Assembly: GCF_006345805.1 (NCBI RefSeq)
Contig: NC_042998.1
Location: 56,420,001 to 56,484,000, forward strand
DNA: 64,000 bases
DNA from: Octopus sinensis
Lineage: Eukaryota
Reading direction: 5' to 3'
The notes beneath the pieces were generated by a model that was given only the letters and a program-made list of their open reading frames with translations, was not told the origin of the DNA and made no database searches. How positions within the stretch are numbered: position 1 is the stretch's first letter; the number at the start of each line of letters is the position of its first letter. Position numbers and translations under genes: made by a program. Positions 28,088 through 38,350 of this stretch are shown piece by piece.

Positions 28088-28160
28088 TATTATTATATTA
28101 TTATTATATTATTATTAATATTATTATTATTATATTATTATTATTATTATATTATTATTA

Positions 28161-28197
<37 letters not shown>

Positions 28198-28235
28198 ATT
28201 ATTATTATTATTAATAATATTATTATTATTATTAT
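28037..28235. repeat. (ATT)n microsatellite
   Basis: Directly visible. Confidence 0.95.
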
Positions 28236-28414
28236 CTGTGAGCTGGCAGAATCTTTAGCACATATCGTCAGCGGCGGCGGTGGTGGTGCCAGTGATGCTG
28301 GATGAAATGATGGTGGTATTGGTAGTGATGGTGGTGGTGTAGTGGTGATGAAGGTGATGATAATTGTAGGTAATACTGAGTGGTGATGGTTATTTTTCTT
28401 TTCTTATATTCCAG

Positions 28415-28938
28415 GTGACATAGGAAGAGAAATGTACATCGTAAAATCTGGGAAACTTCAAGTCTTGTCTGAAGATTTATCAGTAGTGTTCAAAGAATTT
28501 GGTGAAGGTGAGTCTTTTGGAGACCTCAGTGTTCTAACAATTCCTGGAAATAAATATGGTAACAGAAGGACGGCTACTGTGCGCAGTATCGGCTTCACAG
28601 ATTTATTCAGTTTATGCAAAACTGATTTGCTCGCAGCTCTAGAAACTTACCCAGAAGCTAAAAATATCTTGATAGAGCGAGCTAGTGAGATCTTAAGAAA
28701 GGAAGGTGCCCTTGATGCTGAGCTCGCCGACAAAGTAGCCAGAGAGAGTCACGAAGCAAAGCTAAATTCCACATTACGCGGTGTTCGCAAACTGAACATG
28801 AAATTTGACAATAATACACAGGAACAATTAAAGATGGAAAATATGATTGTATCCAAAATCAACGATATGATTGAAGTATTGTCGGAGATACGCAGGATTA
28901 TGTTGTCAACGCCAGAAGATGCTGGAAATGTTCAATAA
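28415..28938 (+). CDS. CNGA: CNG channel last exon (CNBD + coiled coil, stop TAA)
   Basis: TTCCAG acceptor; DIGREMYIVKSGKL..FGDLS..GNRRTATVRSIGFTDLFSLCKTDL..ILRKEGALD. AATAAA at 28955-28960. Confidence 0.95.
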
Positions 28939-29144
28939 GCGACAGCGAGTGACTAATAAAATCAGGGTTTACAAAGTATGTCGCTAAATTTTAATCTAAT
29001 TTCCTTGTATTTACAACCAATTATTATTGAGCAGTTATTCAATAATATGACTTGTGTATCTGCCAAGATATCATTCAAAATATATTGGAGGAAAAAATCA
29101 AGAAGGAAAATCTACAATCTAAACTGCAATTGTTTTAATCGCTT

Positions 29145-29290
29145 TACTTGTAATAACGAGACGATTGCTTAATTATAGTCACAGTTTAAACAATATCTCC
29201 TTTTTATACATCTCTTTACTCGTAATAACGAGACGATTGCTTAATTAAAGTCAGTTTCAAAAATAATATCTCCTTTTTATACGTGTCTTT
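29145..29290. repeat. ~70-bp tandem duplication downstream of the CNG stop codon
   Basis: GTAATAACGAGACGATTGCTTAATT..AATATCTCCTTTTTATAC occurs twice in tandem. Confidence 0.8.
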
Positions 29291-30109
29291 ATACAAGTGA
29301 TTAAATGTAAGTATATCCTCCGTCGCTTTAAACGATGATTGTTCCATTTTTTCAGCCAGCTGCACTAACACATTCAGTTACAGTTTAAGATGGTGAGCTG
29401 TAGACGGACATGCGTACCCTGACCGTAATCTTCTGATAGGATTTTGAATGACACAATATGTGACTATATTGTCCCTACAGTCGACCCTGTAAGCTTCCAC
29501 ACAGTTTTTGTCTACTCAAATTCCATCCGCACGGTTTGATTCCATTCGATGCTATGGTAAAAGACAGCGGGTGGCGAGGTTGAAGCTCAAAACATTGTCA
29601 AGAGAATTTCGTAACCACTCGGTCGTGCTTGTACCCTCTATATACGCATCAACTCATACATAATCAAACATACACAAGTGTGTGTGTGAGTGTGTGTATG
29701 CGTATGCTGCGTGCGCGTGCGCGCGTGTGTGTTATTGAATAAGCAGAATAATTAGAGCTTCTGGGAAAATGCTTTGCAGTCTATGTTGCGGCTCTATATG
29801 TTTTCAGTCTAAATCTCGCTGGGATCAACTTCGTCTACTATCCCGCTGGTAATCGATGAAATAAATATTAGTTGCGTACCGAGATCGATGCCATCGACTT
29901 ATCTCGAACTCCAAAATTGCTGGCCGTGTACCAAAATTTGAAATTGTTATTATTATTATTATTGCTATTTACTTTTAATCTGCATGTTTGTTACAATAGC
30001 TTGCCGAGACACACCCAGTGTCCTAGAGCAAGTGAAGGATAAGTGACTGAAAGCTTGTGGGGGGAAAGTGGCAGGAGTAGTAGTGAAATATCTTCATGTA
30101 ATACAATAC

Positions 30110-30430
30110 AGACATTTAAGTTAAGGTTTTTCAAAGGATGTCAGAAGTACTTGTCAGCACAATCTTTTGAATTTCTCTGAGACATGATTCTCCTGGGATG
30201 TTGTCTAGATGTTGTCTAGTTGATCCGTTTTGCTTGACATCCTTTTTTTATCATATCTAGGCACAGTTCTTGCTTTATGATGCTACATCTTTTGTATTTC
30301 AATTCCCAGGTCTTTATATTTACTTAATTTGTCAAATTCTTTTGCAGTTATATTTTTATCAGTGGGAACACTTACATCTACTAGTATACAAGTATTTTCT
30401 TCCATGTCTTTTAGGGTCCCTTGATGTAAT
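30110..30430 (-). mobile_element. R4/Dong-like LINE 3' fragment
   Basis: - strand reads ..KEFDKLSKYKDLGIEIQKM.., the typical K..KY.DL..EI endonuclease tail. Confidence 0.5.
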
Positions 30431-30514
30431 AGTTTTGTACATCTAATCGATTTATATTAAATCAATTGTAGTACAAATTCTAATCCAAATGTTGGCAATC
30501 ATATAAGGTATTTT

Positions 30515-30634
30515 TCAAGGTGTTCTCTTTTGCCGATCCACTAAGTTACGAAGACATAATCACACCAACATCGGTGTCAAGCGATGGTGGGAGGACAAAC
30601 ACACACACACACACGCACACACACACACATATAT

Positions 30635-30719
<85 letters not shown>

Positions 30720-30876
30720 GACAGGCTTCTTTCAGTGTCCGCCTACCAAATCCACTCACAAGGCTTTGGTCGACCCGAGACTGTAGTAGAAGACACTTGC
30801 CTATGGTGTCACGTAGTGAGACTGAACCCGGAATCATGTGATTGGGAAGCCAGCTACTAACCACACAGCCACTCCT
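30515..30876 (-). mobile_element. Family B SINE
   Basis: Homologous to 8665-9077. Confidence 0.75.
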
Positions 30877-31160
30877 TATAATTTTGGATGTTGCTTTATC
30901 GTGTCCGCGGTAAATAAAAAAAATGGATATTTATACAATTTGCACCGAAAAGTTTATATTTCACAAATCAATTACCACAGAAAAAGAAAAAAATGTTTAT
31001 TTATGCTTTTGCTTTATTTTGCTTCTGATCTCTGCGTAGGACTGTCTGTCAGGTTGCAAGTAGTGAATGTATTGGGCATTAGTTTATATAGTTTGAGTTG
31101 AGTAATCATTTATACTCACTAGAGTTCAAAAATAACTTGTGGAAGTCTCTGGTAGCAAGA

Positions 31161-31622
31161 ATTTTCAATCCGTTATCATTTTCCTATATATGCATGCGTG
31201 TGTATGTATATATGAATGCATATATGTATGTATATGTATGAATATATGTTTACATAAAATGAGGTAGTTTTTGTGAAGAATTGTAAGATATAATTTAAAG
31301 AATGTAGCTGTATAAAGCCGGAACAATGCGAAAAGGTACAAAGTAATCTACAAATTGAAAAGAAAACAGAACGTTTGTTGCTCAGAACTACTGCATTTCC
31401 GAATGTCCTGAAGAAGGGGTCTTCACCCCGAAATATAGAAATACAAGGTAAAACTGCAGCTTCGTTCTGTTTTCTTTTCATTTTTAGTTTACTTTGTACC
31501 TTCTCTCATTGTTCCGGCTTTACACTAGTGGATCGGCTTTACACAACTACATTCTTTTAATATATATATATGTATACAACACCCAGCCGTCTGGATTACT
31601 GCTCCCAGTAAACAGTGTAAAA
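31161..31622 (+). mobile_element. Penelope pLTR-like repeat (copy 1) carrying a hammerhead-like core
   Basis: Nearly identical in reverse complement to 36042-36442; contains CTGAAGA-A-GGGG-TCTTCA-CCCC-GAAA at 31408-31433. Penelope origin is inferred from that motif. Confidence 0.55.
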
Positions 31623-32504
31623 TGCATAATAGAGCAGAAATAGGAGAAATAGAGGGTTATGTTAATTAGCATTTAAAGTGTTGCTACAGGATCTGAGAAC
31701 AAGAGAAGGCTTGGTGTTGTTACTCGTCTTTCTTCAGTTAAATATGAGTTAACATTTTAATGCGGGAAGCATCCACAGATTAATTCGTATAAAAGCTAAC
31801 GAGACAAGAGTTATTAAAATTAACTTTCTTTGTGTCTCTTAAGAAACATTAGTTACATTCCTTAAAGGTTACAGTAAAAGATCGGTTATTTTACTCACAG
31901 TCAAATATAATCGGTTCAAGTAATTATATATAACATCGTGTAGCATACAGCGAAGGTTGTTATATGGATATAAACGAATATAATATTACTGTGAAGATTG
32001 CTAGGCGTTAAAACATAAATTAGGGAGAGCACCTCACCAGATACTAGCTTACAGCAATATTCAACTTCTTTAGATTACAATCTAAACCGGAATATTGGTT
32101 TCAAATTTTAGCACAAGGTCAGCCATTTCGGGGAAAAGTGTAAGTCGATTACACCGACTCAGCTGCTACTTATTTTATCGAATCCCAGAAAGGGATTAAA
32201 GACAAAGTCGACCTCGGCGGTAATAAAACTCAGAACGTAAAGACATACGAAATACCTCTGAGCATTTCACCCGGCGCGGTAGCGATTTTGCCAGCTCGCT
32301 GCTTTAATCTAAACCGTAATGAGGTCAATTATTATTGTTTTATCTTTCCTGGTCGTATAAATTTTTGTAGTTCGCTTTTATATGCTTTCTTCATTAAGTA
32401 TTTTCACTTTGAATTCTTTTATTTTTTTGCATTTGGTTGGCATGATTCTTGATGTGACCTCATGTGTTGATTGAAGCTCTTCAGCTTGCTTATCTACACG
32501 GAGG

Positions 32505-32960
32505 CACAGGCGAAGCTGTGTGGTAAGAAGCTTGCTTCCCAACCACGTGGTTTCGGGTTCAGTCCCACTGCGTGGCATCTTGGGCAAGTCTCTTCAACTA
32601 TAGTCTCGGGCCGATGAAAGCCTTGTGAGTGGATTTGGTAGACAGAAACTGAAGAAGCCCGTCGTGTGTGTGTACGTGCGTGTGTGTGTGTGTGTGTGTG
32701 TGTGTTCGTGTGTGTGTGTTCGTGTGTGTGTGTGTGTGTGCATGTGCACGCGCGTGTGTTTGCCCTCCCACTATCGCTTGACAACCGATGATGGTGTGTT
32801 TACGTCCCAGTAACTCAGCGGTTCGGCAAAAGAACCCGATAGAATAAATACTAGGCTTACAAAGAATAAGTCCTGGGGTCGATATCTTCAACTGAAAAAC
32901 CCCTTTAAGGTGATGCTCTAGCATGGCCGCAGTCAAATGACTGAAACAAGTAAAAGAGAA
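32505..32960 (+). mobile_element. Family B SINE
   Basis: GAAGCTGTGTGGTAAGAAGCTTG head through GACTGAAACAAGTAAAAGAG tail. Confidence 0.8.
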
Positions 32961-33310
32961 GAATAATCACTAGAACGAGGAGAAACTAAAAGTGGGTTGC
33001 TTCATCCAGAGTATTTTCGGTAGAAATTAGATTCTGGGTAATAATGACAATTAGAATACTGAGTATAATATAGGGGATGGGGCAGATGAGAATCAGGCCA
33101 GTATTTTTTAGGATGGGATACGCGCCTCACCGGCTGGGTGTGGATTGCTTCAGAATGGGGTGTAACTAGTGGATAAAACGTGCAATAAAATCATACTTAA
33201 AACTCTTTCGAATATACACACAAACACACACAAACACAAACACACGCAAACACACACACACACACACACACATACACACCACAATATATATATATATAAT
33301 TATATATATA

Positions 33311-34683
33311 ATATAAGAAAAAAGGTTTGAAAATGCAATTTAAACGATGTTTATTTACTTAACCGGTTCACTCTTTGGTAAAAGATTGTCAAAAGTTACA
33401 TTTAAGGAAACATTGAATAATATGGGTTCAAAAAAAGTTTTTACATAATTGTCACATTGAGTATTATGCATTCAAAAAGGTTTTTACATAATTGTCACAT
33501 TGAGTATTATGCATTCAAAAAGGTTTTTACATAATTGTCACATTGAGTATTATGCATTCAAAAAGGTTTTTACATAATTGTCACATTGGATATTATGAAT
33601 TCAAAAATGTTTTTTTTAATACATAATTGTCACATTACATGTATAGATATAGTGTTTGGTAACAGAGAAGTTCAATAGTGTGATGAGAATATTGGGAAAT
33701 TTGGCAGAAAGGATAAAACAAATATTATTGGGAATTGGTTGCGTTAATTATTGGTTGTCGCAAATTGTCACATTACATGTATATATATACAATCTTCGGT
33801 ATATATATACAGCCTTTTGACAGCAAAAATTAGAATGGCTTTTTTATACATCTCAGAATATTTTAAGTACAAGGCGAGAATATGTTTTACTGACCTGTTG
33901 GGATTAGCAGAAAGGCTGAACTGAGAGAACAGAGGAAGTAGCCAATGTGGTGTATACTCCCCTTTATGCATGAATGATTTTGGGGTATCAGGAGGTTAGT
34001 ATGGTTAGTATGATAACCCCAAATCATTCATGCATAAAGGGGAAGTATACACCACATTGGCTACTTCCTCTGTTCTCTCAGTTCAGCCTTTCTGCTAATC
34101 CCACAGGTCAGTAAAAACATATTCTCGCCTTGTACTTAAAATATTCTGAGATGTATAAAAAAAGCCATTCTAATTTTTGCTGTCAAAAGGCTGTATATAT
34201 ATACCGAAGATTGTATATATATACATGTAATGTGACAATTTGCGACAACCAATAATTAACGCACATTTCCCATAATATATTTGTTTTATCCTTTTCTGCC
34301 AAATTTCCCAATATTCTCATCACACTATTGAACTTCTCTGTTACCAACACTATATCTATACATGTAATGTGACAATTATGTATAAAAAACATTTTTGAAT
34401 TCATAATATCCAATGTGACAATTATGTAAAAACCTTTTTTTGATGCATAATACTCAATGTGACAATTATGTAAAAACCTTTTTGAATGCATAATACTCAA
34501 TGTGACAATTATGTAAAAACTTTTTGAATGCATAATACTCAATGTGACAATTATGTAAAAACTTTTTTTGAACCCATATTATTCATGTTTCCTTAAATGT
34601 AACTTTGACAATCTTTTACCAAAGAGTGAAACCGTTATAATAAACATCGTTTAAATTGCATTTTCAAACCTTTTTTCTTATAT
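33311..34683. repeat. Large inverted repeat (~680-bp arms, 20-nt loop) with internal 43-bp tandem repeats
   Basis: 33311-33990 is the reverse complement of 34011-34683. The 43-bp unit (ACATAATTGTCACATTGAGTATTATGCATTCAAAAAGGTTTTT or variant) starts at 33443, 33486, 33529 and 33572, and is mirrored in the right arm. Confidence 0.9.
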
Positions 34684-34780
34684 AATCCACTCGTGCGATA
34701 CCCCACAACCAACTTTTTTATATATATATATATATTATATATTTTGTGTACTATATATATGCGTGGGTATGTATGCATAC

Positions 34781-34811
<31 letters not shown>

Positions 34812-34918
34812 TGTATGTATGTTATTATGTATGTATATGTATGTAGTAATGTATGTGTGTGTGTATGCATGTATGCCTGCATGTATGTACACATATGTAT
34901 GAACTTTGTCTATTCATC

Positions 34919-34959
<41 letters not shown>

Positions 34960-34960
<1 letters not shown>

Positions 34961-35410
34961 TTGCGAAGTCCTCATAGGACCAAATATTGAAATTCCCCAA
35001 ACTCTCTCCTAGTAAAGCCAGCGAAGACAAGGAGAGAGCTCTGTCAGCACAAGCCGCAATAATAATATCTGACTAGGAACTTCTGATCCAAGTGCTGGAG
35101 ATAGATGGAAGTCATATGTAGTTATTTTTGCACGGAGGTTCTCGTATCGGACATAGTCGAATTTTTTGGTGATATTGAAGACAACGACACTGTTTTCTCT
35201 AAACTTCCCGAGAGTGAAATATTACTAGTGTGTCACTTAGTTGGCAACGTTCCCAGTTGATCTGGTTTCACGAAAGATGTACTGATGGTCATTAAAGAGG
35301 AAGAAAGATTTCAAGTATTGGAGAGAAAAAATGTCCCTCTCCATTACCTTTCAAAGAAGTTAGCGTGACAGGATGGTAGTTGGCAGAGTCAAAGACATTA
35401 CACTTGCTGG
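34960..35410 (-). pseudogene. Decayed LINE reverse-transcriptase fragment (CR1/L2/Jockey group)
   Basis: - strand: NYHPVTLTS..QYIFRETRSTG..VVFNITKKFDYV, matching the NYRPISLTS / Q.GFR..RST / LDISKAFD.V motifs; contains stops. Confidence 0.6.
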
Positions 35411-35679
35411 GAATGCAATACATTGTAGTGTGTTTCCACTAGAAGAGAGAGAGGGGGCAGACAGACAAAGACAGAGAGAGGAAGAGAGATAGGAAAAGAA
35501 AGGGGAAGAGAGAGAGGAAGAGAGGGAAGAAGAGAGAGACAACGAGAGAGAGAGAGAGACAACGAGAGAGAGAAGAGGAATTGAAGAATCAATATGTATG
35601 TGGGCAATATATCCTTCTTAAACATATCATGACTTTCTCGTACATATGTATTTATAAGCACAGTGTATAGGTACTTTTT

Positions 35680-36040
35680 GATATTAACTCTTGACAGAAG
35701 GAGATCTAGTTTTGTTTTGAAAAGCCTACATCCACACCATGCAGGCCTCTCAGGCTTTATGGGAGGATATTGAAGAGCTGTTGCATCATCTGGTCCTGTA
35801 TCCTGGTGGCAATGTTGGAACCTTTGGTACCATGCAGTAGTGCCCCATCCTACTGTTTGTGTAAGTAACAAGGCCAAAGTTTGGAACAAGTTTTTCTAGG
35901 ATTTTCCAGATGTATATTACTGCATACTTTTCCCGCCTTCGCTCCAGGGACTCTTTCAGTCTCTCCCAGTAGTTGATATGTCGCATCGTATCGATCTTCC
36001 TTATGTAGCTTCGCCGGATCGCCTCGAGTTCCGTCGTTAG
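35680..36040 (-). pseudogene. LINE ORF2 C-terminal fragment (CR1/L2 group)
   Basis: ELEAIRRSYIRKI..INYWERLKESLERRREKYAVIYIWKIL..FKTKLDLLLSRV. Confidence 0.7.
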
Positions 36041-36041
36041 T

Positions 36042-36442
36042 TTTTACACTGTTTGGTGACCACAGTTGGGAGCAGTAATCCAGACGGCTGGGTGTTGTAT
36101 ACGTAAATATATATTAAAAGAATGTAGTTGTTTCGAGCCGGAACAATGTGAGAAGGTACAAAGTATATTTCGGGGTGAAGACCCCTTCTTCAGGACATTC
36201 GGAAATGCAGTAGTTCTGAGCAACAAACGTTCTGTTTTCTTTTCAATTTGTAGTTTACTTTGTACCTTTTCGCATTGTTCCGGCTTTACACAGCTACATT
36301 CTTTAAATTATAGCTTACAATTCTTCACAAAAACTACCTCATTTTATGTAAACATATATTCATATATATACATACATATATATACATTCATATATACATT
36401 CACACGCATGCATATATAGGAAAATGATAACGGATTGAAAAT
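36042..36442 (-). mobile_element. Penelope pLTR-like repeat (copy 2, inverted relative to copy 1)
   Basis: Reverse complement of 31161-31622, with segments deleted or rearranged after GAAATA. Confidence 0.55.
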
Positions 36443-37072
36443 GTGCTAAACTTTTTATGTATCGAGAGAGAGAAGCAAATATACATATGCTTAATGAAAA
36501 GAGTAAAAAATAAAGGATACATATTTATACGTAAATTTTCTATGGGTGCGGTCTAGATATCCTATGTCAGAATAAAATCCAAGATCAATTCACTGGGGGC
36601 ATACTATGCGTTGACTAAATTTTAAGTATGCATATTTATATTTAAGCCATTCCTATACACTCTTGAGTGGAAAGGCTTTCGCTGAGAAAATTGTCTTGGG
36701 ACAGATATCCTTCTTACAGACAACGTGTGTGGAAACCATCCAGCCGGATTACGTATGACATCATCGGACCATCAGCTACAGACAGCAAATCTGTCTTTCA
36801 TAGCCTATTAAGAAACAGTCATTTTTATATTTAAAGAACTAATAGTAAATTAGCTGTTGATTAATTAACCAACAAGAAACGCAATAAGCAATGTTGATTG
36901 GCCACCTTTATTCATAGGTTTGTTCGATCGGATTGACCGTGGATGGAGGGGGTTCTAAACGAAAATAATAATAAAACAGGAAACCATTTAAATTCATTTT
37001 ATTAATATTTGCAAAACATTTCAAGTTTTAAAAACCTAGTTAATTTTCTTGAGATTCTCTCAGAATTTCTCT

Positions 37073-37396
37073 TTAATTTCCATAGGTATCCAAGAGCATC
37101 TCCATTACTCGATCCATATTCATCTTCGTAACCAATCGAATTTTAACAGCATCTTTACACCTGTTATCCCAGTCGATGACAAATTGTCCCCTTGTAAATT
37201 GGCCCGTCAGTTCAACATCTAGGGAGACATGTTTAAATTCTTTCACTGTTGATTCCTCGATAGCTCCTGCCATAGCAAGTTCATCGCAGATTACGTAAGA
37301 TGGTTTCTTTTTCCATTTTGATGTCAGATTCTTTTCTATAACCCTCATTAATTCGGCCTCTTTGCCTGATTTGTTACGCAACTTGTCATAGAAATC
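37073..37396 (-). CDS. Nucleoside hydrolase exon 5 (last)
   Basis: TTTTAG|GAT acceptor; DFYDKLRNK..YVICDELAMA..VELTGQFTRGQFVIDW..DTYGN*. Confidence 0.92.
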   Translation of the reverse strand, partial: DFYDKLRNKSGKEAELMRVIEKNLTSKWKKKPSYVICDELAMAGAIEESTVKEFKHVSLDVELTGQFTRGQFVIDWDNRCKDAVKIRLVTKMNMDRVMEMLLDTYGN

Positions 37397-37939
37397 CTAA
37401 AAAATATAAAGCAATAATAATTGTCATACAAAGGATTCTAACATAAATGGAAATATTGACCAAAATTCATTACATATTGAGTGCTGCCCCATTACATTCC
37501 GAATGTAAAATTCTCCAACATCAATTTTCATTTTTCAGTTGTGGAAAAAAAATAATAATTGCACTATTCCTCCGGCTGCAAAATAAATAACCTTCTGTCT
37601 AAATTATCAGTCAGTATAAATTAGTGAATGTCAAAGACTAAACGAATTGTTAAGGCATCGGAACGAGTTTAGTTACGTGCCTCTACGTTCTGAATTCATT
37701 TCTGTCAACATATATCTTTTATCTTTTGGGGATTGACATCCCTCTACGTTCTGAATTCAAGTCACTTTAGAATCGAATTTATTTTTTCATTTCCCGGGTT
37801 GGGGTTTATAAAATAATTATCAGGTGTTTAATATGGTCGGTTCAATCAACCATGCTCTACCCTTTATAAATTCAAAGTCTGCGCAGTGTAAGAAATCAGT
37901 CATTTGTAGAAAGAGGGTGAAGTTGGTGGGAGAATCCTA

Positions 37940-38350
37940 TTTCTTTACTACCCACAAGGGGCTAAACACAGAGAGGACAAACAAGGACAAACAAACGGAT
38001 TAAGTCGGTTATATAGACCCCAGTGCGTAACTGGTACTTATTTAATCGACTCCGAAAGGAAAGGCAAAGTCGACCTCGGTGGAATTTGAACTCAGAACGT
38101 AGCGGCAGACGAAATTCTTATTTCTTTACTATCCACAAGGGGCTAAGCACAGAAGGGACAAACAAGGACAGACAAATGGATTAAATCGATTACATCGACC
38201 CCAGTGCGTAATTGGTACTTAATTTATCGACCCCGAAAGGATGAAAGACAAAGTCGACCTCAGCAGAATTTGAACTCAGAACGTAACGGCAGACGAAATA
38301 CGGCTACGCATTTCGCCCGGCGTGCTAACGTTTCTGCCAGCTCACCGCCT
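37940..38350 (-). mobile_element. Family A SINE dimer
   Basis: Two ~185-bp units plus head CTCACCGCCTT. Confidence 0.8.

Larger units (their letters stand above)
20124..28938 (+). other. CNGA: Gene span (confident part): cyclic nucleotide-gated cation channel alpha (A-type) subunit, join(20124..20335,23669..24556,28415..28938), 540 aa plus unresolved N-terminus
   Basis: GT-AG junctions join in frame (RI-G-YIENG; RK-G-DIGREMY). Six-TM ion-transport domain, TIGET pore, C-linker, cNMP-binding domain and C-terminal coiled coil are present. Family-level call only; the orthologue is not identified. Confidence 0.93.

Noticed and set aside
27740-28198. 152-aa ORF as a gene
   Set aside because: It lies in a repeat that recurs at 41735-42300 and runs into (ATT)n.
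33443-33620. 43-bp repeats as a CRISPR array
   Set aside because: The units are contiguous with no unique spacers, there are no cas genes and the context is eukaryotic.
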